Assembly: GCA_050273025.1 (NCBI GenBank)
Contig: CP158635.1
Span: 32,984,001 to 33,048,000 of the forward strand
Origin: Cenococcum geophilum
Taxonomy: Eukaryota
Length of the DNA: 64,000 bases
Direction of reading: 5' to 3'
Shown one piece after another: positions 38,401 through 50,312 of the stretch (its first letter is position 1; every line of letters starts with the position of its first letter). A model generated the notes under the pieces. The model had not been told where the DNA came from. It worked only from the letters and a program-made list of their open reading frames with translations, and made no database searches. Both the position numbers and the translations under genes were made by a program.

Positions 38401-39349
38401 TCGAACGATGTTACTAAAATATCTATGGCAATATAACTATATTACTAGGAAGGTATGCATGGCGACCCAAGCGATGCTCCGTGTAATGTCCGTTTAAATA
38501 ATGCCTAATATAGCCCCGTATAGTATGGTTGCTTAAATCGGCGATTTTTAGCTGCTTTTCCGCTAAGTAGCTTAGTAGGCATATAAGTCGTAATGCAGGT
38601 AGCTTTAGCTATTGGCAAACGCTAAAGCGGGCCATCTAACTAACAGCGTATCCTAGGAGAGAAACGTAGGTCACTGAAATGAGTGCGACGTAAGCTCTCT
38701 TAAGCCCTTTAGGGGGCGATGCGTACGCCTGTCCCTCCTAGCTTGGAAGGAGATATAGGGCTGAGTTAAATAAGACGATAGTGCTGACGCGGCTGGTGAC
38801 TGCGGAATTCCCTCAACCCCTTTCCCATGAGACGGTTATAGGCTAGCGTTATTTAGGAGGCCGAAGGAGAAAAAGCGAGAGAGAAGAGGATTGTAAAGGC
38901 ATATACGCGCTCGCTAGATAAGGCCGCGCTAAAAGAGCTTAATAATAATTGAAGCCATTGGTAACAGAGGCGTAATTAGAAGACTATAGTCGTCTATACA
39001 TCGACGTAGAAGAGAGAGTTACCTATTGGAAAGGCCGCAATTAACTGTATTAATTGTTAGTCTGATGTAGGGGAATAAAGGAATAAGCGGGCTGGACGTG
39101 CATATGTATAAGCGCTAAGGGGACGGCAGAAATGCCTTAATGCGACCGTGTCAGGGACTAGCAGTAAGAAGAGGAGGAGGCGCAGCGTTAGGAGAAAGGA
39201 AAGATGGAAGATAAGAGGAAAAGCAGCGAGAGAAATGGCCTTTTATGGTTGAGGTCGAGGGGCAGTCTTGGCTTAGCCGGGGTTAATAAGCGAGGGCGCC
39301 TTACTTATAAAGGAAGCCTCTATTTCCTAATGCGTGGTCTCTATCTTAT

Positions 39350-39946
39350 TTTTTACTAAGTAAAAAATTATAGTTACTAGCTAATTATAATAATTAGATA
39401 TAAAGAATCTAATAGGGGGTATTAAAAATAATAAAGGTTATTAAATTAAGAATGGGAATACTATACCTCTAATAGGCAACTTAAAGATAGAAAATATCTT
39501 TAAGGATTAAAATTAAGAAAAGGGGGATAGTATTACAGACCTTATATTAATAATAGTTATACTACTAATAAGAGATATAAATGGATTAGTTAAGATAATA
39601 TAGAAGGCGTTAGAACTAATTAAGCTATAAAATAAGGGGTAGCTAAGTTATATAGCTAGTTATATTATAAGTTTAAAATATAGAAATATAGAAATATAGA
39701 AACGTACTAATATACTAATATACTAACGTACTTAGTACATTTCTTAGGCGTAGTATTAAATACTTAAAGGACTATAGTCCTAACTATAAATAGTTCTCTT
39801 CTTTATAGTAAATCTTAGAATATAATTAGAGTTAGTCTATTAGGTAACTACTTTATTAGTTATATTTACATTATTAAGTATTCTATACCTATATATCTAG
39901 CCTATTAATAGGTCTACCGTAGTATTTCCTATAAGGCTTTATTACA
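39350..39946 (+). mobile_element. 3' remnant of a Ty3/gypsy element: PPT + 416-bp LTR (39531-39946)
   Basis: AAGAAAAGGGGGATAG polypurine tract, then TATTACA...ATTACA (RIPed TG...CA). The LTR 3' half resembles the LTR family at 47243, 52646 and 60172. Confidence 0.6.
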
Positions 39947-40885
39947 CTATAGACTTAATTAATATAATATTAGTAGCTGTATATTTTATTAAGTATATCT
40001 TTAGATTATTAGATTTTCTAAGTTAATAATATCTAATTAAGGAAACTAGTTCGTTTTAGACTTTTAGTAAACTTTATATAAACAATTAAATATATAAATA
40101 TAACTTTTAACTATATTTTACCTAAAGATAAACGGCTAAACTAAAATTATAAACGTAATTATAGAGCAATACTTATAAATATACTACTTCTACCTATAGA
40201 ACAACTAGGAAAAGTAGCTGCCTTTAGCTAAGTTTACCGCGAATAATATAATAAACAAATTAATAGGCGTAATATTTATTCTACGCGACCTATAAATAAA
40301 ACCTTTAACTTAAATTTAAACCATAACCCAAAATTAATATAATAGGACCTACGATTAAACGGATTTAGTTAATTAACGCGTATAACTTTATTAATTAAAT
40401 AAAGTAGTTAACGGAACTATTATAAAGTAAATTAGTATACGCCTAAAGGTATAGAAATAATATGTAAATAAGGGACAAGCTCCTATATAGGACTTTAAAG
40501 AAGGTAATATAGTTTACCTAAATATACAAAACTTAAAGACTTAACGGCCCTTAAAGAAACTTAATTAGAATTTTATAGGCCTATACTAAATTAAGAAAAA
40601 ACTAAGCCTATATAACTATAAACTTAAACTATTAACTAAGATAAAAATATACCTAGCGTTTTATATAAGCTTACTAAAATCTTTAAAAGATAAACCTATA
40701 ATATATAAAGTGCCGTCGCTATATTCCATAATTATAAATAATAGTAATAGTTCTTACTTTATTAACTTAATTAATAATATATAATAGAAAACACAATTTA
40801 AACCATTTAAACTTCTTATTAAGTGGGAAGGATATAAAATATAAACCTAAAAAACCTATAAATAGATTAAGACTAACGCACCTTC

Positions 40886-42211
40886 TATTACGGTACTAAC
40901 CTAACATATTATTATAACTTAGTGTTATTATAACACGAGCATAGACCTAACCTCTAAGCGACGTATATATATACCACCTTACCTCCTATATAGATCCTTA
41001 TATAACATTATTTGTTAATAATATACAGTTACCTCGTACCGTACACCTTAATAGTCGGCACGTACTATAACAGTATATTGTGTTAATACTTACACCCCTA
41101 ATAGGGCTTTGTTTCTACTATTCTAAAGCTATATTTTTAAAGCTATAACCTTACCCCAGGCGGGATTTTTATCCTTATTTTATAACAATGCCGACCTAGT
41201 AAAATCTCTATATATTAAATCTATTTAAGTCCCTATCTCTAACGAGCTAATATCCTACTACTTTATATCCTAAGTTTTATAAGCTAGCTATAGGCCTTAC
41301 TAGTAGGCCGTAGGCTACTGGTCGCGAAGTATGCCGTTTTATGCCTATGGGAAGGAATAGGAGCTACTAGCTGCGGGTAGACTAGGACGCTAGATATTCC
41401 CCTTACGGGCTATATCCTCTTCTTAAAAGCTATAGGTTACTAATCTTTATCTCTATCTCCAAGTCTATTTCTAGCTATACTTCTACTTTATATCCTAAGT
41501 TTTTAAGCTAGCCGTAGGGAGATACCCTATAGGCTATATTCCTTATATCTTAATTATAGTATAAGACTATAGGTTACGATCTCGTCTCCATCTCTATCTC
41601 CGTCTCTATCTTTAAATTTGTATAAATAGTACTTTAAGTTTACTACGATAAAAATCTACGTAATAACCTCGATCTCTGTAACCCCCAAGCCTTTTAAGAC
41701 TACGCCTTAACCTTAATCTCCGCAACTTTAAGCCTTTTAAGTATTAATATCCGCCATACACCCTATGGATAAATTTTTTCTCATTTCCTTTGTTTTACCC
41801 CTTTACCTTCAGCTTTATTTAGTGCTTAAGATAAGCACTAGCGGAGAGCGATATAGTAGAGATATAGGTAGGGGGGTCTAAGGACTATAAGGATAAGGAC
41901 CTTTAAAGACTGGAAGAATAAGAACCTTTAAGGACTAGAAGGATAAGGATATATATCTATTTTTTTCTATATTTTTACTACCGTTACTTAGCTTATAGGA
42001 GCTCGCCTTCTAAAGGGGGATATACTATTACGGCACTAACCTAACACATTATTATAACTTAGTGTTATTATAACACGAGCACAGACCTAACCCCTAGCGA
42101 CGTATATATATACCGCCTTACCTCCTACATAGATCCTCACATGATATCGTTTGTTAATAATATATAGTTACCTCATACCTCGCACCTTAACAGTTAGCAC
42201 GTACTGTAACA
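40886..42211 (+). mobile_element. Small non-autonomous LTR element (TRIM-like), 1326 bp
   Basis: Direct LTRs 40886-41072 and 42026-42211 (TATTACGG...T[AG]TAACA). 5-bp TSD CCTTC at 40881-40885 and 42212-42216. PPT AAAGGGGGA before the 3' LTR. No pol motifs found inside. Confidence 0.9.
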
Positions 42212-42334
42212 CCTTCCTTAGTAAAAGAATTCTATAAGGACTATTCTTTATAGCCTACTTTAGCTAAATAGACGCGATATAAAGGTAAATAATTACTACT
42301 TAATATAAATATTTAAAATATAATAGTAGGAGAC

Positions 42335-42707
42335 TATTATAGAGTAAGTATAAGCGGCGATAATATATAGCAAAGTAGATATTATTAAGCTATATATATA
42401 AACTATATAATAACATTAAGGCGTTATATAAAAAAAGAAGGTAGGAAAATAGGAAGAAAGGGTATATATTATTAGCTTAGTTGCTTAGTTAATATATATA
42501 TATAGAGAGTAGAATAGGATTTAGGTGGTGGTTCTAATAGAACTTAGTAGGATTTAATAAAACTTAGCGGAATATAGTAGAATATAGCAGATTGCCATTA
42601 GATTGCTATATATTGCGGCAAATTATAGTCTTATAGTCGGGTTTTAATTACTAAGTTAGTAGAAATAAGTAGATGTATATAAGGTGTTACGGAAGTATTC
42701 TATAACA
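42335..42707. mobile_element. Solo LTR, 373 bp
   Basis: TATTATAG...CTATAACA inverted ends (RIPed TG...CA), flanked by GAGAC/GAAAC (TSD with one G>A). Resembles the 43033 LTR in the opposite orientation. Confidence 0.6.
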
Positions 42708-45479
42708 GAAACTTAAATTTAAAAAAAAATATAACGCTTATAATTTATATAATATATAAGATATTAAGGAACTTTAATCAGTAGTTAAAGTTATTTAATT
42801 AGTTAGATTTGCCTTGCTAAGACCTACTATAAAGATATTAGTTCCGCTTACAGCCTTAATTAAACTAATAGCGATTTTCTATCCTAGGGATAAAAAATCT
42901 TAATTAGTTTATTTAATAATTAAACCTAATAAAACCCTATACTACTACCTAACACAAATATATAAAATATAATAAGTAATAAGCCTTAACTAAAATTAAA
43001 TTATTTTAGACCTTTAGTTAAAGGGGGGTTACTATAATGGGACTAGCCTAGTTATAGTAGGAATATTTTAGTAAAATACTTAGTTGATAAATTCTAACGC
43101 TTTAACTAAATTTTACTAAATTTTACTAGCTTAATTAACTTTTACTAAGTTCTATTAAGATTAATCGAATTTTACTAAAGTCTATTAAAAACCGCATGCG
43201 TATATATATACGTATTAACCACTAAGACCCCTAACTATTTAATTATAAAATTCTTTTATTATTTCTTTTTCTTCTTTATACAACGTTTTGTTCTTAGCAA
43301 GAGCTATATACCCTTAAATTTAGATAAAATTTATATTATTTCTTTAAATCTTTAAATCTTCCCTAAAGTATCTTCGCGCCCTTATATAAAGCGCTATATT
43401 ACTAATTTGTAAGTATTATAGTACTTATTAGTTTCTAGCTTAAGTAAGTGCTTAAAAGGGATTAATTAAATAGCTACCTATATTCCCGTAACTATATCTT
43501 TATTTCTTAACTTCTTATAGGCCTTCTATTCGACTAGTTAGTTTACTTAGTATAGAGCCTAGGGCGCTATAGCTATGTATTTATATAGAGAGTAGTTGTA
43601 ATTAAGAGGCGCTAATTAATACTAACGTTAACGTGACGTTAATTTTAGCGGTAATAAAATTCGTGTTTTATTAAATTATATAGCGGCTTAATATAACGGG
43701 ACTACCGTTATAAGCGCTGCGCTATACACGTAGCTAGTTTCCTTTCCTTGCTTAGCATTATTTGGCATATAGTTTATCCGCCTTAGCGCCCCTATATAGA
43801 TTTAGTCGCAGCTGCATTCCTATTAAGATCTCTAGCAATCTTTTTAAGTCTCTATAACAGCCGTATATAACTATTAATTCTTTAGATCTAATGCCTATTA
43901 TTTAGCGTTTATATTTAATATATTATTATTATAATACTTAGATTAGTACTGGGGGGTTACTAGGGTATTAGGTAAACATTGCATTTATATAACGTTTACT
44001 AGTAAAATAGGTGCTTAAGTAGTGTCTTGGCTACCTTACCGCCTAAGTTTTTACTTAATCTGGAAAAGATTTAGATAGTAATATCCGGCCTTATATTATA
44101 GGGGTTAATTATATAATTTAAATTAAGCTTAATTGCTAGCTATTTACTTATACTATTATATAATAGACTACGTAATAAGTTTATAACGTTTAGATATAGA
44201 AATAAAAAGAATATATATATATATTAATAAATAAAAGCAGCGAATATGTATAGGTAAGTCCCATAATACCTTATTCTATTATAGGAAATATAACTAAACT
44301 AACTAAACTCTAGTATCTTCTAACATTGTCCTTAATAGTAGTTTCTTAATTAGCTATAGACTTAATTAAGTACTTTATAGATACCTGTAAGATAAAAAAA
44401 ATTTAAATCTAAAGCGTTTAAGAGTTTTAATAAGGTAGGCCTACTATAAGAGTATAATCTCCTTTTTTACTTAATCTTTTATAACTATTATATATAAGTA
44501 AAAGCTTATTAGCCTAAGGTATATTGTTTAGAAAGCTACTATAAGCTCTTTATTCGCTTAATTAACTACTATTATATCTTTATAGATAATTTTAATATAG
44601 GCAGATATAGGCAGATATAATTAAGCCCTTCTATTCTTTATTAGTGGTAAATATATTATAATCTGCGTATAAATAGCAAATTTTAAGCTTTTAGAGTAAA
44701 AACTTTAAAAGTATTTTATACTAGATTTAAGGTAACCATTTTAGTCTATAAAGGGCCGTTTTAAAGCGGTCGACTTTACCAGCTTAAAGATAAATCTTAT
44801 CTACTACCTATATAGAAGATAAGCAATAATAGAGCTTTAGCTATATAAGCTGCTAAAATAAATACTAGAGCCTTTATATATATATATTAAGAAGTTATTA
44901 TTAGCTTCGTTTTATCTACGATATATTTAGTTAATTAGTTAGAGCTTTAATCGTTAGTTGTTTTAATTAAGAACTAATGTAACTTCTAAAATGTTATGGG
45001 TCGACGTTATTAAGTCTTATATACACTACATACCTAAGCCTTACAGCGATATATTCTATAACAATTATTATTTAAAAGATCGTATCTAATAATTCTTACT
45101 AGATTATCAACGATTGTTCCTAAGGAAGGTAAGACGATTCTAGGTCTAGACAGGGTAGTGGAAAATCTAAACAATTCTTATCGATACGATACGCGAGATT
45201 ATATCATATTATATTATATTAATCGAATTTTTTTGATCCGCTATTAAATAAGGGAGGAATCTACTAACGTCCTTAGCTTCCTTACTAATTAGGTATCTCC
45301 TTTCTACTCTCTATTTATACTTCTTCTTGTATAAGATACTATATATAAAATACTATAAAATAAAATAAAAGTGGTAAAGAAGAGAGAAGATTAAATTTAG
45401 TAACTTTTATCTATTCCTTGTTATCCTCTAGTTCTATAATCCGATCCTTACCCTCTAGTGCTCCCGCTGCCGCCGCTAT

Positions 45480-46040
45480 AGGCTAAGAATTTTTATTATA
45501 TAATGAATATTAAGCCCTATAATCCCGCTACTTGCAATTTCCATAGCACCCACTATAGAATCCTGGAAGACTCCGATACTTAGTAAAGGGGTAAGGGCCT
45601 ACTAGACGACGTGGAGTCGCCGTATAAGCCTCGCAGGGCTAGCGTTAATTAGCTCTCTACCTTGTACAAGTAATATAGGTTACTTATAATTATATTTAGA
45701 GATCTACAGCTCTAAATTAGAATTACATTTATATATAAGGGCCTCCCCATCCGCACCTACTTCTCTAATACCCCCCCTACCTAAGCCTCCATATTAATCG
45801 CCAGTAAAGCTTTTACCCTCTCTTACTTATCTTAAGAGTAGTTAGTTATATAGGTATATCGTACGGAGAGGAGAATTTACTTATAGTATGGCAATGTTGC
45901 CGAAGAATCTCTTATACGGTAGGACGAGAAGTATACTAGATAATTATATTTCCCAATTCCTAATAAAGGACGATATTAGTGGGATTTAAATTTATAATTT
46001 ATTAAGTTTAAAGTTAGTATATATTTATATCGCCACCTAC
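45480..46040 (-). pseudogene. DUF3716-like Cys-cluster protein carried inside the hAT element
   Basis: Raw PCEAYTATPRRLVGPYPFTKYRSLPGFYSGCYGNCK*RDYRA*YSL, de-RIPed PCEAC...PFTECRSLPG..GGCCGNCKWRDH.ARCS. Confidence 0.6.
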
Positions 46041-46129
46041 ACGCCTTTAGTGGTTATCTTTCGTCTAAAATTATCTTATTTTATACCCTTACGTACTTTT
46101 CCTTTCCTTATACAACTACTATACTTCTT

Positions 46130-47242
46130 TTATTCCTCCTTTAGCTATTTTCTTTTAAAATTTTACTTCTATACTAACTCTTTATACACTTTATTCTTTT
46201 AATATTTAATATTTTAAGCTTTATCCTTTCCTATAATATTATACGACGTCCTCCTAAAAATACTCTCTCTGGTTTATTGCTTATAGCTAGAATTAAAAGT
46301 ACCTCTCTTACAAAGAGTAAAAGCCGCAGCTAGCGCTTTACTTATTATTCTTAAGACCACTACTAAAGTAGAGAAACTTTAATTTCGTATAGTACTTTAG
46401 AGTAGTAGTCCTTGTACTCGTCCTAGCTTGCTAGTTAAGTAACCCCTTTTTATTTAACTTATTTATAATTTAATCGTACTTATTAAGTTCCTTATACTTA
46501 TTTTATAATAGCTTATTATATAATACTGTTTAAAGAGAGGTAATAGGCTTCTCTAATTCTTAGTACGTTTCCTAGAGCCATTAAACCTTTAGAAGTACTA
46601 TTTTTTGCCACTCCTTTTAAAATATCTTAATATACTTTATATAACGATTTAGGTAAAGAATAAATGTAGCGGCGTAAAGAGGCGAATTATCTGTTCTCTA
46701 GTAGTACTCGTTAAACTTCGCCTATATATTTTTTACTTAAAGTAAAAGAGTGCCTATTATATAATATTAGCTTTAGCTTAAATAAAGTAGCTAAAAGAAG
46801 AGTTATATAAGAGAGTTCTCTATATATTTAATAAGTATATCTATTATAAAGAGTATATTTAAAGAGGAAGGCCTAGACGGTAAGATTAATAGTATACCCT
46901 TAGTAGCGGATACGTTATTAGATAGGATCCTAGGTAATATCCTTATTATTAGTAAGATACTTATAAATTATATAATAGAGAGTATTATTTATTATAGAAT
47001 TATCTATAATAATAGCTCTAAGCTTTTATATAATTCTATACTCCTCTAAGACTAGAAGAAGGGTATTTTATTATTTAGCTTTACTGTAACTAGGTACTGT
47101 ATAAGGGGTAAGAAGAGCTTTTATTTAGTTTTTCTAGCTATTAATAAAGCAGGCGCAGACTATAAGAAGAAGGTGGCTATTTAGGGACGTCTAAATATTA
47201 ATAGAAAGATAAATACTTATTAACGCTAATTAAACTTATCTT
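46130..47242 (-). pseudogene. hAT transposase fragment, RIPed and internally deleted
   Basis: De-RIPed SIHLSIDIWTSPN.HLLL, GHS, LGAII.DNS..NDTLC, RIRC.GHTINLAVQAFLF, WAKFDEYY..TDDSPLYAA..ILHP and dimerisation domain WP.LS.FA.EVLSIPAMSDEPERVFSGGRRTI. The RWNS block is missing after FLF (~46860). Confidence 0.85.
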
Positions 47243-48101
47243 TATTACAAACGCTTTAAGTACAATGTTATAACTACTTGGAGAAGAGTTAGAGGAAGCT
47301 AGTTAGTTAATAAAAGCACGGTTTAGAATAGAGCCGGTAAAACTATATAACGAGGAATAGTAGTATAAGTTATATAATGTGATCTATATAATTTGCGTAA
47401 TCTATATAATTTATAATAGAGTAGATAGAGTACGCGTATATTACGTATAAGAAGGATTTCTTAGGAGTACGATTATGTATTTAAGAACCCTTAGTCCCTA
47501 CCTAGATAGTTCCTTCCTTGTAGTAATTCTTAGAATATAATTAAAGTTAATTTATTGGGCAACCACTCTACCAGTTATTATTACGTTGTTAATTTACTTG
47601 CATTACCTATACACCTAGCCCAATAACGAGCCCATTATAGTACTTACTACAAGGTTCCGTTACATAATTACTACCTAGTTATAGTATTGGTAAATCGAAT
47701 AATATGCCACCAAAAGCAGCCACTATAACGCTATTGACGGCGGCAACTACTTTAAGGTTAGGAGGCGATACTAGTATAGCAGATACTAACTTATAGCAAC
47801 CTGTAACGGTCGGACAACTATAAGAGATAGTTAACTAGTTAATAGAGAACAATGCAATACTTAAATAAAGGATTAACGGGATAGGGGCAGTGAAGGTTAA
47901 GTTACCTTTAATTAAGAGATTCTTAGGAGAGAGATTAAAGCTTAAAGGGTTCCTTACGTAAATGCACTTTAAGGTTACGTAAGAAGGAGTAAAACTGCCA
48001 ATACCTATGGATCGGATAGCATATATAGGACTATTCCTATTAGGAAGAGCACTTAAATAGTTTAAGCTTTACCTTATAGAAATATAAGCGAATAGAATAA
48101 C

Positions 48102-50312
48102 TATTGGACTTATAAGGGGATATCACGTAGCTATAGTTCGTAGATAGTATAATAATTGTTCTATATATTGATTAATGTTATAAGAATAAGGAAAGGGGTA
48201 AGGAACTAAAGGTTCCTTACCGCGCTAGGGCTACGTTAACACGTGACGACCGCTTGCCTTATCCCCAACACTAGCAACTCTTCTTTTATGGTTGCCATCT
48301 ATATATACTTATAGATTGCTACTATATAAAGATATAAAGCTAAGGAGAAGAAGAAGATAAAGAAGGATATTAGGTTTAACGAGAATATAAAGGGAGTTAT
48401 TAAGGCGCTAGTAGTAAGTAAGCTAATAGCGATTTTCCATACCGGGTATGGAAAATCCTAATTAGCTAGCAGAAGTTAGGGTCGGCAGAGTATGGTAAGA
48501 ATTTAGCAGGTAGTACGCCTTAGGAAACTATATTGTTAAAATAGGGTTATAGAGCTAGCGGAGCGTAACTAGATACGGCTAGCTTAAGTAAATAGGAACG
48601 ACAGTCGACCAATAGAAATGCTCTTAAATTGCCTTTATTATTGCATCTACTAGGTTGTCTTAGCCACTAATCTATTAAATCCTAAAGAGTTCTTAATGCT
48701 CTATAAGGACCTCTATAAGAACCTCTACGAGGACCTCTATAAGGACCTCTATAAGAACCTCTATAAGGACCTCTGCGAGGACCTTTATAAGGACCTCTAC
48801 GAGAATCTTTATAAGGATCTCTATAAGGACCTCTACGAGAATCTCTATGAGGATCTTTATGAGGACCTCTATAAGAATCTCCACAAGGATCTCTATGAGG
48901 ACCTCTACAAGAATCTCCACAAGGATCTCTACGAGGACCTCTACGAGAATCTCTATGAGGATCTTTACTAGGACCTCTATGAGGACCTCTACAAGGACCT
49001 CTACGATTGCTTTATAGTTAATATTAATCGTACCCTCTGCCGTATTCTAATTCCCCACTAAACTTCTTCTCCTAATCTTGCTGTAGTAGGGTTTGGAGGT
49101 TATTAAATCTTAAAGTAAGGGAATCTTGCGCTTACTTACGTTACGGGGGTTATTGCAGAGGTTGCTGCGGATATTGCTGCGGCTGCTATAGTTACTGCGG
49201 AGGTTCTTGTGGAGATTGCTGTGGAGGTTGTAGTTGCTATAAAGGTTGCTTTAGAGCTTATTGCGGAGCTTAAGGTATGGGTTAAGATACGGCAGCCTAA
49301 GGAACTTAAGGTGTTTAATAGCCTAAGGTTGTCTATAGTATTGCTTATAGCTATCCGTTATTAGGATTCCCTTAAGAGTTAAACTTCTTTTAGTGCTTAA
49401 TCTCTTGTGAAGTCTATTTATGCTCTTCTTCTGCGTTAAGGACTTGCTAAATATTATCTTTAATAGTACCCCCGTTTATAGGGACAAATACTCCTTTCTT
49501 CTAAAGGAAGTTTTGAAAATCTTAAATAATATAAATATTACTGAGTGCCTAGGTGTTGGCAGTCTATCCTATAAAATCCTCCCTAAAATATTCCTATAGC
49601 TGTAAATTGGCGTAGTATCTACTTCAGTAAAATAGAATACGGTGTAGGAGAAAGCTGTTAACTTGTTTTACGGTATAAGTTATTATATTAAGGGTAAATT
49701 CGTCCTAATTTTCGTCGATAAGTTTCGCGTATATAGCTACCCCTAGTGGTAAGAAGTCTCTCTAGTTGTTTAGAATAGCCATAGTTATATCTTTAAAGGA
49801 AGGGAGATGTTAGTGGTATAGGGATTATCATTTAGTACGCGTTTATAATGTGTATTTGCGATTATAGGGCTTAGGACTAGTTCTAGCCTTAAATCACAAA
49901 GACTTGTAAAGCGTGTTATTCTATATAATAGACGCAAGAATCTATAATCTGGGGAAGGCTTAGGACTAGTTCTAGCCTTTAGATCCTTAGATTTGTGGAA
50001 GAGTTCTATTTAAGGTTTAGGACTAGTTCTAACCTTAAAAGACAGCTTCCCTTAGCACGAGTAGCACTAGTATAGTGGCTTATCTCTTCTTAGTAAATAC
50101 CTAGCTGTTCTATAGCATAACTATAAAGTTAACCACTAATTAGTGTTGGACTTATAAGGGGATATTACGTAGCTATAGTTTATAGATAGTATAATAATTG
50201 TTTTATATATTAATTAATGTTATAGGAATAAGGAAAGGGGTGAGGAACTAAAGGTTCCTTACCGCGCTAGAGCCACGTTAATATGTGACGACCGCTTGCC
50301 TCATCCCTAACA
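48102..50312 (-). mobile_element. 2.2-kb non-autonomous LTR element 'C' (copia-like gag remnant) inserted in gag of A
   Basis: 169-bp LTRs 48102-48270 and 50144-50312. TSD ATAAC at 48097-48101 and 50313-50317. PPT on the minus strand next to 48270. Internal frame DFQNFL*KEGVFVP...QVLNAEEEHK*TSQEI resembles fungal copia gag N-termini. No pol. Confidence 0.85.
48699..49005. repeat. 12-bp minisatellite (~25 units, CTCTA[CT][GA]AGGAC) inside element C
   Basis: Directly visible. Explains the periodic track ORFs 48693-48920 and 48696-48971. Confidence 0.92.

Larger units (their letters stand above)
1..39340. mobile_element. RIP-degraded gene-dense cargo block of a putative giant mobile element (Starship-like) or large segmental duplication
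   Basis: About 25 closely packed non-TE genes, all with RIP-type stops. Includes a ferric-reductase-like gene, a family known as a Starship auxiliary gene. RIP over 39 kb requires the block to have been duplicated. No DUF3435 captain or element terminus seen in the window. Confidence 0.5.
39947..43420 (+). mobile_element. Ty3/gypsy chromovirus remnant: integrase + chromodomain, PPT and 3' LTR from 43033; hosts two insertions
   Basis: De-RIPed integrase motifs SD.G.QFVSDFW, STAFHPETDGQTE..N, W..WLPLAEF..NN, KKLD.NF.GP, HPAFH.SLL and chromo LLIKWEGY...W. PPT AAAGGGGGGTTAC ends at 43032. LTR right end uncertain. Confidence 0.8.
45151..47242 (-). mobile_element. hAT-family DNA transposon (3' part; interrupted at 47242 by gypsy element A)
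   Basis: Transposase motifs plus a CAGGGTAGTGG terminus-like sequence at 45151 with CGATA/TATCG-type subterminal repeats. The true end may lie up to ~110 bp further left. Confidence 0.7.

Noticed and set aside
1..39340. Starship captain (DUF3435 tyrosine recombinase) or DUF3723 gene
   Set aside because: No motifs recognised in the frames I translated by eye. Several hypothetical genes remain unassigned, so an HMM search on de-RIPed sequence is still needed.
43420..45150. Possible additional gene or TE relic
   Set aside because: Too heavily RIPed. No motif or terminal structure could be recognised.
48693..48971. Periodic ORFs (EVLI)n and (KDLY)n
   Set aside because: Translation artefacts of a 12-bp minisatellite inside LTR element C.
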